Part shown: one piece after another, positions 35,306 through 47,100 of the stretch | Layout: each line of letters begins with the position of its first letter | Position numbering within the stretch: the stretch's first letter is position 1 | Assembly (NCBI GenBank): GCA_010093815.1 | Contig: ML996575.1 | DNA: 64,000 nucleotides | From: Pseudovirgaria hyperparasitica | Lineage: Eukaryota | Direction: 5' to 3' (one strand) | The notes under the pieces: generated by a model | What the model saw: the letters and a program-made list of their open reading frames with translations, nothing else | The model's database searches: none | What the model was told of the DNA's origin: nothing | Made by a program: the position numbers and the translations under genes

Positions 35306-38300
35306 TCAACCGAGGTCAGCAACCATTTCGAAATCATCAGACTCGTAATCCGACTCATACGCATACATCACAATCTCCTCACCCGCATAATATCCATCAT
35401 GACACTGGCTCATATGCCCATAAATATTCCCATCCTCCGGCGCCTCCCCACAATGCCAGCACCAATGTGCTCCACACATCCTCACCGGACACGCCATATG
35501 ATCACACCCATACGTCTTCGCCGTAGCCGTCCCACACCCAGGACACTTCTTGACCGTCACCGTCCGCATCCCCTTCCGCCGCTTCTCCACGCACTGCTGA
35601 CACTTGAAATCCGTAATCTCAGCAGGCGCCCCGTTAGCACACACCCTTTCCATATGCTTCTTCGCCGTACCACACGACCCGCACCAAGCATATATCCACG
35701 TGCCCCGATCCCGCACCGCGCTGCCCAGCCCCGCCAACGCCCTGATCCCCATGCCGCACTTCGCAAGCGTCTTGGGCGCCGGCGCACGACGACAGAACGG
35801 GCAGTGCAGGGCCGCGGTGTTGATGATCCGCCCGGTGCCGTTCAGGCCGTACCAGCCTGACAGACAGGGCGTGCAGACGCGCTGTGTACACCCCGAGCGG
35901 CCACAGGCAGGGCGGAGGAGAGGCTTGCGCAGGGTGGTGAAGCAGAGACTGCAGGAGGCGGACTCGGAGCGGCGGCGGAGGACCCAGGATTGGAGGGAGG
36001 CGAGGAGGGCGGGGGTGTTGAAGAGGGGTTTGCCGGCGAGGACGAGCTGGGGGGTTGGGAGGGGGAAGAGAGTGATTTTGGAGGCGAAGTCGCGTGTGCC
36101 GGTGGTGGAGATGGTGTGGAAGAGGGTGCGGTTGGGGAAGGGTGGGTGCGTGGTGTCGTTGCGGATGAGCCAGGAGGTGCCGTTTTCGGCTGTGAGTTGT
36201 TCGGCGGTGGTGGTGCGCTCGATGATGGTGTCGCGGTTTTCGGTGCAGGCGATGCAGGTGAAGTAGTCGATGAGGGTGCTGGTGCGGTATTCCTTGGGCC
36301 AGATGACGCGGCTTAAGCACTTGTGGCATTCGATCCAGGGGGCGGGATCTGTCTCGCCTTCGGCTTGAGCGCGGCAGTAGTGGCAGCGGGGACGGATGTT
36401 GAGTTGTTTGGGATTGTAGACGACATATTGTGCTCTGCATGTTGAAGTGTTGCACTCGACCCAGATTGCGGAAGTGTTTTCATTGTCATCCTTGGATACC
36501 CGGCTTGCGATCATTTCGCCCCTGACTTGGGCAGAGGTCCAACCAGACTGCGGAACGGCGCAGAGTCCACAACGTCCGCCAGTGCTCATTATTGTGACTG
36601 ATCGAGGGAATTTGCAGCCCCGACAGACGATTACTTTCCCAATTGGCATGCTCGTCTTGTCTGGTGTCCAAGTGATTTTCGCTGGCAGATCTGTCTTGAG
36701 ATTCAGCTCCAGCATCTTATACGATACAAGCTTATCGAAGAGCGCACGATCCTCGTTGAGTAGGAGTCCGGAATTTGCGCCAACCCTTTGCTTGTCCTCG
36801 GTCGACTCGTGGCTAATCTTGTTTCTATCCAGTTGTATGTCATGTATATCTTTAGGGACCGTTTTCTTGTCTGCAGAACTCCGATAAGACCTGTCGGCAT
36901 CAAGGAGTAGGCCCAAACAACCAACATTCCACGTTTCCGGAATCTCAAGATTATTCCAACGTGTTCTCCATGGCATCATCTCTTCAATGGCCGGCCTAGT
37001 AAGGGGTTTGATACCAAGCCTAATCGACAGTGCTGCGAGTAAGGCTGCGGGACGCGCAGCAAGCATCGTTCCAGGTACGACTAGATGAAGTAAGACTTTC
37101 CAGAACTTGCGTTCATATCTCTTGTCTGCGAGGGCCATGGGAAGCTTTGTTACTTTCTCATGACTTGCATCGGCAAGATGAGCAGGAAGATCGCTGGCGG
37201 AGTCGACAAATGTCAGACGCGTGAGGACTTTCCCAAGTCGCTTGAGAATTCGATAGTCACAGGACCGTCCGATCTCAAGAAGCTCATCACGACGGAAACC
37301 AGTGATGGCACGATTGATGTCTGCGTCGTCGGCTTGGTCGTCATTGTCTCTGGTGAATGCAAGAGTTGGATCGAGCAGCACACAGGGAAATCGTTCGGCT
37401 TCCGGGACACGTTCGATGGCATCGAGTACCTCTGCCGTGTAGTCGTACGACTCTTCGAGCCACTGCTTCATCCGGGCCTTCTCCTCTGCGTCCGACAGTC
37501 GCTCAACAGCTGCCCCGAAAGCTGTGATGATAGTGTCTCTGCTCGCGTTCCCCCTGTCATTGCAAACTGCGCGCCAAAGGCTACCGAAGACAGGGTTCAG
37601 CGAAATGGCAGAAACATCCCTCTGAATGATTGCTGTGAGCTCTCGTATCACTATGTCCTTGTAGACACTGTCTTGTGTATATCTCTTTGCGAAGTCTAGG
37701 ACAGCTTGATCCTTCTTCGGCAGATGTTTCTTGAGCACGTCTGAGGTAAAATCGACTTCGGCAGTATTTTCAGCGCATGTCTGCTTGTCGAATAGCCCAG
37801 CGTTGACAGCATCCTTCTCATTCTTCAGATTCCTGATCCCCTTCACCCGAACAAACCTGGCTAGACTAGCATGTACTTTCCGCTCCTCACTAGGGCCAGC
37901 CTTGCTCACACTCATCCAAGCAAGCAAAGTCTCTACGGTGGCCTGTGATATATCGATTGGCTTCGGATTACTGAGGTATACGCACATACCACGAGTGACG
38001 AGTGATAGATACTGGTAGTACCCCGCCAATTCGGCAATTCCCCATCTCTCGATGAAGCAGAAGACCGTGGCCTTCTTTTTGCCCTCATATAGGATGTTAC
38101 AAGCAGATATCCAATCCTGGAATAACGGGCCGTATCCCCCATAAGAGTCAGGCTTAGAAAGCGCCTTTTGTTCAGGGTAGTAATTACTGGAACGGTCCTT
38201 CTCGCCATTCATGGACGAATGTGGAGCAGCATCTGTGTAGAGCAGAATCAGGGTCGAGGCATCCTCCCGCATGACTTCATACGCCTTTGCCAGCGCAGTC

Positions 38301-38602
38301 TTCAAAGCCTCCGGAAAATCTCCTCCCCCCGTCGCGTCGAGATTTTCTGCAAGATTCAGGAGTTTAGAAGGTTCGATTTCTGATGGTCCGCCGGTTTGAT
38401 CCAGCCATCCAGACCATTCGATTAGTTTTGTATCGCAATAGTCCCGATAGGCCAGTAACCCAATCCGCGCGAAGCAGTTGGTCAGGGACGACACCGAGAT
38501 GATCTTTGGGAGGGCATCTTGGAGTGCTTCGAGGTAGTTGCTCATGGAGTATGTTGCGTCAGTGATGATCAGTAGATCATGAGACTGTGCAGATCCAGCC
38601 AT
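35306..38602 (-). CDS. vWA domain + multiple Zn-ribbons + RING/IBR/RING2-like (RBR-type) protein
   Basis: 1098-aa intronless ORF. MIDAS-like DATYSM..GGGDFPEA..YTDAAPH, many CxxC pairs, RING CSLC..CGRSGC..CTPC..CPFC, and RING2-like KKCPGC..KTYGCDHMAC..CGAHWCWHC. Confidence 0.85.
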   Translation of the reverse strand: MAGSAQSHDLLIITDATYSMSNYLEALQDALPKIISVSSLTNCFARIGLLAYRDYCDTKLIEWSGWLDQTGGPSEIEPSKLLNLAENLDATGGGDFPEALKTALAKAYEVMREDASTLILLYTDAAPHSSMNGEKDRSSNYYPEQKALSKPDSYGGYGPLFQDWISACNILYEGKKKATVFCFIERWGIAELAGYYQYLSLVTRGMCVYLSNPKPIDISQATVETLLAWMSVSKAGPSEERKVHASLARFVRVKGIRNLKNEKDAVNAGLFDKQTCAENTAEVDFTSDVLKKHLPKKDQAVLDFAKRYTQDSVYKDIVIRELTAIIQRDVSAISLNPVFGSLWRAVCNDRGNASRDTIITAFGAAVERLSDAEEKARMKQWLEESYDYTAEVLDAIERVPEAERFPCVLLDPTLAFTRDNDDQADDADINRAITGFRRDELLEIGRSCDYRILKRLGKVLTRLTFVDSASDLPAHLADASHEKVTKLPMALADKRYERKFWKVLLHLVVPGTMLAARPAALLAALSIRLGIKPLTRPAIEEMMPWRTRWNNLEIPETWNVGCLGLLLDADRSYRSSADKKTVPKDIHDIQLDRNKISHESTEDKQRVGANSGLLLNEDRALFDKLVSYKMLELNLKTDLPAKITWTPDKTSMPIGKVIVCRGCKFPRSVTIMSTGGRCGLCAVPQSGWTSAQVRGEMIASRVSKDDNENTSAIWVECNTSTCRAQYVVYNPKQLNIRPRCHYCRAQAEGETDPAPWIECHKCLSRVIWPKEYRTSTLIDYFTCIACTENRDTIIERTTTAEQLTAENGTSWLIRNDTTHPPFPNRTLFHTISTTGTRDFASKITLFPLPTPQLVLAGKPLFNTPALLASLQSWVLRRRSESASCSLCFTTLRKPLLRPACGRSGCTQRVCTPCLSGWYGLNGTGRIINTAALHCPFCRRAPAPKTLAKCGMGIRALAGLGSAVRDRGTWIYAWCGSCGTAKKHMERVCANGAPAEITDFKCQQCVEKRRKGMRTVTVKKCPGCGTATAKTYGCDHMACPVRMCGAHWCWHCGEAPEDGNIYGHMSQCHDGYYAGEEIVMYAYESDYESDDFEMVADLG

Positions 38603-39039
38603 GATAGGCTACAGGCCCGTTGTGAGCAGGCAGTCAACCTTGTTCCTTGTATACGAGGCCTCAACGAGATAGGCTTTCCACGAATACCACATTCAGGGTT
38701 GTACCACTGAGGCTCTGTTGATGATCAATTGGGGCGAGATAGGAAATCCACGAGCATGAATGCATATACATATAGCATCTTCGAATGAACCAGTCATCGA
38801 CTCATCCGTGTATGACCCATACGACCTCTTGTGAGATCACCGCTCTCTGTTTCGAACGGTGTCCAAAAACGACATGTCGAGTCTTGGGAGCAAAAGGCAG
38901 AAGCGATAGTGACTGTAGACATTGTGACTCAATTGGCGTGATTGTGTTTGCGGGGAGAAGGATTCACGTCAGTCTCAATCGGGTAGTACTAAGTGCCTAC
39001 TAAATGCCTAAGGCAACAATAATAACGTCATATTGGTCT

Positions 39040-39275
39040 ATCTTGACATGAAAGATTCTGGTATACATGTTATACTTTAAAATTATAAGCTTATTATAGT
39101 AGGTTAGATATAGAGATAAAGATTACTTGGTTAATGAGACCTATTAGTGATATTATAAGATAATAATATTGCATTCTAGACTAACTATTAATCAACTCTA
39201 TGATAGATTACTAAGTTGATTGAAGCAAAAGTGATCATAGTCAGTATTAAGTAGCAACGTTTTCTTATTTTCTAA
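39040..39275. mobile_element. AT-rich, TpA-rich relic, probably a RIP-mutated repeat
   Basis: Abrupt AT-rich patch dense in TA dinucleotides (ttatactttaaaattataagcttattatagtagg...) with no ORF. Confidence 0.5.
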
Positions 39276-39410
39276 AGTCTCAAGTCTGCTGGTTGACTAC
39301 TATCCCCTCGTGGATTTCCACGTGAAGCCATCGGCTCATCTTCGTTGATGACGAGTATTGCTAAGAGCTTACATCGATGCTCATCATTAATCACAAATAA
39401 TGACGGGCAT

Positions 39411-39683
39411 TGTTCCTGTACTAAGATAGACAGTAGCATCCAAAGCCTTACTCCCATACAGTATCAGCCCCACCAATCAATCACCAGCCATCCATCCTTC
39501 ACACACCCAGAACACCCAACCAGCAGGTAAGACACCCAGCAGAACAAGCCCATATACAATCAAGCCCGTCGGGTAGGATCCATACCCTCCATCTACAATA
39601 GCCTACCTTCATATTACTATATAAATCCTTCTTGCCCACCAGACAGATCTTCCTTCTCTTCCTCACACGATCTTCTCGTAACA
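39411..39683 (+). mobile_element. Possible degenerate solo LTR
   Basis: Begins TGTT, ends TCGTAACA, with an internal TATATAAA followed by a CT-rich tract, ~270 bp, next to the RIP-like patch. No clean target-site duplication seen. Confidence 0.3.
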
Positions 39684-39986
39684 GAAGGCATGCCTTGGAG
39701 TTTATGCTCGTTGCTGTGCTGCCAGGTTACGATTGGTGTTTTATGCTTCCTACATTGTGTGTCCCCGCATGCGCATATCGTATGATGTGGTGATGAGCTT
39801 CATTATTAGCGGCTCGTGGTGGTGACGTGCAGCGCTGGATCTTGTGAGTATATGGATTGGGCTGTGAAAGACTATCTGAGAGCACTGGTATGGAGCTTCG
39901 AGTTATACTTATAGAGTACTATAATACCAGTACTGGTCTATCTCTATATATCTATAAGTCTAGTTTATCAGCATGAGTCAACAAAT

Positions 39987-42547
39987 CTAGCTATAGCCCT
40001 GATCTAGAGCGATCCTGTGCCCGTAATCATGAACACCCCTATCCGTGATGACCAACTCCACCTTCCGCTGACCATCAGACCCCTCACCTCTCTGCATACT
40101 AACTTCTCTGACCTGCGCGACCTTGTTCAGCGTCGACAAATTCGTGATTCCAGCACCAGCATTCGAGATCCCCTCGTCATTATCTCCTCTGCCTGAATTA
40201 TACGCCAGAGTGATCAGCTCTGCAATCGAGTCCCACGCATCACTCGACTCGGCTCGCCATAGCATGAACCCGGCGTGAAGCACTGCGAGCAGCAGAGTAA
40301 AGAGCAAGACGGCAGCAGACACGTACTGCGGATAATCGTGCAGCATCCAAGCTTGGCCATAGCGATACCAATTGTGGTGCAGGACTGTGTAGTTGAAGCC
40401 GGCTGGCGGTCTGGCGAAGGTGGGTCCACCGAACAAGATGCGATCTGGGGGATCGCCCGCAATGGGCAAACGTAGCGTAGGGTCTATGATACTGCTGAGC
40501 GGATTACCAGTGGCTGGATCATGGGAATACTGGAGGTTGAGGCCAATGCGCGAAATGGCGTCGACGAAGTATAGATCGGTGATGAATCTTCAAAGAACTA
40601 GGTTAGTTGTGATATCTGAGACAGCATCTTGATGTGGCAAGACTTACTCAAGCAATATCCGGGGAAAGTCCGCGTTGATACTGGCTTCTGATTCAGTGCC
40701 AAAGCTAGGATTGTTCAACACTGTTACGTTGAGAAGTGTATCGAATGTCGACATTGTGTAACTGTCATTTCCTTGGCTAGCTGCGGATGGAGGCGCTAGG
40801 GCATCTAGCCACGTCTGGTCTGCTTTCAGAGTTGGTGAATGAAGATCTTTGAGCTCTGGGCCGAACAAGTCGAGTTGAGCAGGCAGTTGGATTGTAGCAT
40901 CAGAGTCTGGCGCCGCAAGAGGACCAAGAAAAGGCTGCCAGGCGAACAAATTAGCCTGACGACCCTGTATGTATTGACCTGGCGTCCACCGAGCGTCTAT
41001 GGAACAGCCACGGACTATTGTAGTGGATGCATTATGGCTTGTGAACACAAGTCCTGCCGTGGCGCCAAAATCGTCGGGCAGAGTAATCCAAGTAGCCTGC
41101 GCCTGGAGGAACTCGATGGGACCTTTGGTGGGAATTGATTTAAGATCAATCGCTTTGATGGGTCCATCAGCAAGACTCGCTACCGTAGTCTTGGTCCGCC
41201 AGTTTGCATCCAGGGGCAGCACCGGAAATTCAACACTCTTGGTATCATTATGAACGACCTGCGGAGCTGAGCAGACAGTCCGAGCTAATGCGACCGGTCC
41301 TTCACCTTTGGATAATCGCCCATCGACGAAATCACGTAACTTACGCGTCTTGTGGGCTTTTACGACCTGGAATGCAATTTCATTGGCATGTCCAAGATCC
41401 TCTGTGTGGAGAAGCTGGGCTGCTTTCAAAGCGTATATCCAGGTCTCCTTGGAGCCAGTCGTGTAGTTCTGCTCCGTCGCAGGACGATGGCCTTGAATGA
41501 TACGAGGAGGCAAGTTGCCCTTAGCAAAGTAGTCCCATCCTCCGACATTAGGCCCAGTCGTCTCAGGGAGATTGCCTAACATACTGCGCCACCCTCCAGT
41601 AAGGCACCATTCACGCGGAGGTGGAGGAACTGCATGACATTCCTGGGGACCTATGTGGTCTGCAGTAAGCCGTTGTGGCCATAGTTGATCTTGCGTTCCC
41701 GCAATATAGTATTCCGTGCTCCCAGACGGCTGCCATAACTGAATAGGAAGGAATAGCAATGCAGAAAACGGACCGACAAAGCTTGCAAGAAGGCAAAAAA
41801 CCACTAAGAGGACTAGTACTCGAACTTTTGCCCTCGCGGCGGCCTCTTTCGAGAAATGACTCCATAGCTCTGACGACCAAAGGAAGTTTAGGCCAGCAAA
41901 CTGGAATGAAGATGTTAACAGACCAAGTCCAATACCGTCCTTAGTAATACGATGGATCACGATGTCGCTGACAATGACCGTAAGACTACCTGGTGCACTT
42001 TAGCTGAGATACATTACTTTATATATCGCTAGTGACTAACCTGTAATCGCCAGTTCCTGTTTGTTATTAGCATGCTGGCTCTGAAACATACGTTCACACT
42101 TACATGGAATTTTGATGCAACTTGTAACGCAAAGTTGCCACCAGTGGATATCACGGGGCCATTGTAAACACCAATGACATTCATCAACAGCACAAGAAGC
42201 GTGAAGACAGCGGGCAGTAAATGTACACCCAATCTCTGAAATGCTATCCAACGAGAACCACTGACAACGGTTTTCGGATCTTCACGCTTATATGCCCAGG
42301 ATGCCGCAATCTTAAGACCGACAGCGCGGAGAAAGGTGTGACGAGGACTCCATTCTGCTTTACGTTGCCGAAAAGCTCGCTGGTGCTGTGTACTTGCGGA
42401 TGATGCAGGTCTTGTGGTTGCCAATAAGGTTTTATGCTGCTGATCTAGTTGTGGTGCGTCGTGCGGATCATACTCGTCCTGCGGCTCAAATTCAGACATA
42501 TGGTGGGACTCGTGCAGCTCGTAGCCACCACCATGATGACTAGACAT
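39987..42547 (-). CDS. Uncharacterised fungal multi-pass membrane protein
   Basis: ORFs 42029-42547, 40644-41960 and 39987-40469 are linked by GT-AG introns, including a ~16-nt micro-exon GAACTGGCGATTACAG. TM segments ALQVASKFHELAITGSL, GIGLGLL..FLWSSELW, VGPFSALLFLP and C-terminal SSDAWDSIAELITLAYNS. Confidence 0.75.
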
Positions 42548-43168
42548 CGTTTATTAGTGTTCGTAAGAGCATCACATCTGTCCCTGGGGGCCTCGTAGGC
42601 TTTAAAGGTGAGAATCAGACCGCGAGTGGGACCTCACACATTGGAGGCTTTAACTAGTCATGCTCTGGCGTTGTAAAGCCAATTACCACAAGAGTCTGAA
42701 GCGATACGATTTGGGGGCCAGAGATATTTATAGGCCAGGCAGCTTACACCCAGGATAAAGGACCGAGAAACGATATCGATGCTGAACCATTGTGGGAACG
42801 TCAACGTGTTCCAGCCGGCAATTACTAAACTGCATTCTCAGATATGCCGACCTCAACAATGCCAGCGTGAAGAAGTTGAGACATCGTTTAAGGCGCCAAG
42901 AAGAGTAGAGACCAAGAAACGTGACCGCGCGCAACTGTTCTCATATGTAATTCTAGTACCGACGCGCATTTCTCAGTCCAATACAAGTCCGACCCGAGCC
43001 GCAATCCTCCCTTTGCCGTGTCTAAACAGTATATCTCACTCTGTCTCCCCTATTCCCCTCTTAACTCCCAGCTCAAGTATATCTCCTCGCGCCATACCCA
43101 CCACTCCCTCCCTCCACGCACCCTCCCAATCTCACGACTTTTCCCGCCTCGCAACTTCCACCACCACA

Positions 43169-43516
43169 ATGCCCACAATCCGCATCCTCGACCCCAACAC
43201 CGCCCTCCCCCCCTCAACCCTCCCCGAAGTACTCTTCCTCCCACGCATCCTGCGCGCACTCCCAGGCGATATCCGCACAACAACCACAAGACATCCCACG
43301 TCCACAAAGATCCTTCTATATACTACCGGGTTCATATGCCTGGCGTTCTTCGGCTACTGGTTCTGGATATACCTCGCGTTTGGCGGCTCGGGCAGCTGGT
43401 GGGATCTAGTGCTTCTTGGGGTGTATCTGGCGTTGCTGGGGAGGTGGGCGTGGGGACTATGTTGTGCGGTCAGGAATGAGTCGGTGGATAGAGGGGTTGT
43501 GCTGGGGGACGTTTGA
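43169..43516 (+). CDS. Small hypothetical 2-TM membrane protein
   Basis: ATG after a C-rich leader (MPTIRILDPN...). Two hydrophobic helices ILLYTTGFICLAFFGYWFWIYLAF and WWDLVLLGVYLALLGRWAWGL. Confidence 0.5.
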   Translation: MPTIRILDPNTALPPSTLPEVLFLPRILRALPGDIRTTTTRHPTSTKILLYTTGFICLAFFGYWFWIYLAFGGSGSWWDLVLLGVYLALLGRWAWGLCCAVRNESVDRGVVLGDV

Positions 43517-44158
43517 GGGGTGGGGCGTGCTTATCCATTGCGAAAGACATTGAGTGGGTGTGCGTGGACGGAGAGCCGCTGACGCGGCTGCGAGGGTTGA
43601 AGAGTAAGCCCGGCTCTTAGTCATTACTGGATGCTGTGGGAGTCGGCGCTCCACGTACGCATTGACGGTTTTTGGATGCTGGAGGTGCTTTTGATGACGG
43701 CTGGTATCGATCAAAGTACCTGCTGAGGCTAAGAGGGAGATGACGGCTTTTAGCTTGATCACGCTGCTAAATCGATTGTTCGACGAGGATGAGCCGCAAT
43801 TGAAACACGGGAAGATGTAAGAGGCGTTGTGTTCACAGCATGGGTGTCCGTACATATGTAGGAGGCCACTCTCTGCACAAAACACCATGGCGATGTCATT
43901 TATTAATTGTGCTATTTGTGTCGTGTCTAATTGACCAGACAAAGTTTCTGACAACTGCGCGTACACAGTGCGTCTGCCCGATCTATGCCCAAGCATGAGG
44001 TTTGCGTTTCGTATTATCATACAAAAAGAGAACGGTTGTAACCGAAATACCTTCTGAAAGACGCCTTGGTAACTTGTGCACCCAAAAGACTGCTTGCTAC
44101 GCCGTATGCGTAACCTGCAGCCGTGGGGATGGGTGCGACGAGAAGCCTGGCTTTTTGC

Positions 44159-47100
44159 TCAGAATGTCCTCTGAATAAAGAATTCGCGTCGATTGGTTCT
44201 GACCTTCGCACCCTCGCCCTTGAAAAGTTCCACCTTGAACTGCAGTTTCATCTTGGTCTCAGGATTCTTGAACACAGTGATAATGTCACCCGTGTGAATG
44301 CGCCCGAAGTTGGTTCGACCATTCTTATCAAGTTTGGTCAGATGGACACCATTGATCCAGATGCCCTGCGAGCTCCACGTTGTGATTCCTGTGTGTAGAC
44401 CCTCTAGCTGTGTGAAATCTTGTCCGTTCTCCAGATACTCTTTTATTTCTGGGTGATGAAACCATATTTCGAACGCCTTCTTAGGCACACGACTATCGTC
44501 GACCGGACGATATTGCACTGAGCATTCTGGCCAGCGGCCAAAGGAGGTATAGGGGCTATCTAGGTTAATTGTAATATTGGCGATGGAGTCAATACTAGTG
44601 AGGCGTCCAAGACGAGTATTCGGGCGGACGAATTGCGATGATGATTCTGCTGAGTCCGTCCCTGGAGCACTCTGTGATGAGGGGAGATCTTTTGGCGTGA
44701 TAGGGTTCTCAGACCCCATTTCCATGGTGGTTTGCGTGATAAAATCAAGGCCCATATCCCGGGCCGCTTGATCTATGACGTCAGTCTCGTCCCCAGAAGC
44801 CATAGGATTGCCTTGAATATGTGCATTCGAGACGGCGGGGAGAGCTGGATACGTGATAGGTATATTGTTGTTAGGCACAGCCTCACCTACGACGTTCGCT
44901 AGGGCTATTGCTGCGTTTCGGGATGTCACGTAGGCGTGTGGTTGCTGAGAGAAATCAATTCCACTAACCCTTGAAGCGTATTCAACGTTGTGAGTCGAAG
45001 GATCGTGAGGATCAAAAAAGGATGAGGCACTGATCGGAATCTCAGCTCGACGATTGAAGGGTTGCGCTGTTGCCTTGGGAGTCTCTTCCTCTTTTCCGCT
45101 GCTACCACTCAAATTAGTTACAGTTGAGGGAGGAACATTGGGTGTATGCGGTGAATGGACTCCATTGGTGCCTTCCGAAAATGTATGAAGTGATGGTGCA
45201 GCCTGGTCCTGTATCAACTCCATATCGCGGAAGCGTGAGTCAGTGCCCTCCAAGCTAAGTCCTGTTGGGGAGGCCAGGTCATAGCTTCTTGACATGTTGA
45301 GATCAACAAACTCAGAATCGTCTGTGGATGTTGAAGCATCTCGTAGGTCTAAGGCTTGGTGGGTTCTGGCATTCAAGACTCCAGAGCTATGTAAAGCAGA
45401 GCCACCTATTTCGCCAAACAAGCGAGGATTACGGTCGACTTGTCGTGCTTGTGGATCCGGTAGAGTCTGACTATCGCCAGCCGTAGGACCATGTATCGAA
45501 TCTGAAGAGTCGTCTCTCATGTCCTCCATATCGAGATCGCGAGTCTGATTTCGTGGAAATAGAGGATCAGACTTAAATCTTTTAGACGGATACGGCCTAG
45601 TGACCATCGCTTTGAACTCTGGTGAGTCCAATGGATTCGGCTCATATTCATCGTCGAAACCTTGATGTTGCGCACCTAGACTCATCTGAGAGAATTCTTG
45701 CTCTGCGCCTGCGCTTGCTGGGTCCCACGTGTGCTCAAGTCCTTCTTCAACGTCCGAATCCACCTCTTCTTCTTGAATGACACCAAGACTAGAATTGTCT
45801 AATATGACGCTGCCATCATTTAACCACGGGTGTTTGAGACAATCCACCTCTGTGAGTCGTCTCGATGGGTCAGTATCCAACATTCGATGTAGCAGATCAA
45901 TAGCGTCATCAGAAACCACTTCTTGTCGTAGAGGAGTATCGTCCAGGTCAGTTGTCGTAATCTGGTTGAACATTCCTTTGCCATTGGTGTCAGTGATACC
46001 CTTAAAAGGAGGCTGTCCGCATAAAGCGAACCAGAGAACGGCTGCGAAGGACCAAATATCTACGGATTGACTGTAGGAGTGGAATGGCTTCCGGCCATGC
46101 CCTCCAGGTCGACGTCTTTTGGAGCTTTGCGTATCCTTGAAGAATGGAAAAACTTCCGGAGCGCAGTATAGCAAGGTGCCACAGAATGTCTTCAGGAAGG
46201 TTGTGTCGTCCTTCACGACCTTGGACAGACCAAAATCCGTGAGTTTGACCTCGAATGGATCAAAACTAGCAATGAGAATATTGTCCGGTTTTATGTCGCG
46301 ATGTGTGATGTCTCTCTGATGTAGATAGTGAAGAGCTTGGAGAATCTGGCGCGCCATCTGCTTTGCCCGATATTCTGGTAAGACCTTGTGCTCAGCCAAA
46401 TAGCCTTGGAGATCTCCATGAGGTACGTATTCCATGATGATATATAGGTATTTGTCGAAGTCGTGATAGTCAATATATTGCACTATGTTCGGATGGCGAA
46501 GGTCTTGCATGATGCGCATTTCATTATCAAGCCGTTGATCAATCTGCCCATTTTTGATAAATCTTCGCTTCTCGAGTTCCTTAGCAGCTACCAGATTGCC
46601 GTCAAGCGCGGTTGCCAATAGATATACAGTCGCAAAAGCACCTTTACCAAGCTGGCCTACCACATTGTACTTCTTGTCGCCGTTCCAGTGCATTCCGAAG
46701 GTTTCCCTGTTGGAGGATAAGACTGATCCAACAGCAGTCTGATTGTTGTGGTTATGAACCTTCTGACTGTACGGCGCCTCGTCAACACCTTCTGGTAGTG
46801 GGGTGCCCAGATGCTTCACCTCAGCAAGACGACATGCTTGTCTGTAATTTCGAAGATTCTGTTCAAACTCCGCTTTGTAACCTTCTCTTGAAGGAAGTCG
46901 CACGATGAACTTAATATATTCATCTGGCTTAGTTGAAACAATGTGAATGATGGCACCTGGCGTCAACATGCGCGTCGCTGTACCCCTAGACGATTTTGAT
47001 TTGCCTTTCAGGTGGATATCGTCAATCATGGTCCCATTGGTTGACGTATCCTCTAACATAACAATCCCAGTGTCTTTGACGAAAATGCGGAAGTGTCTGT

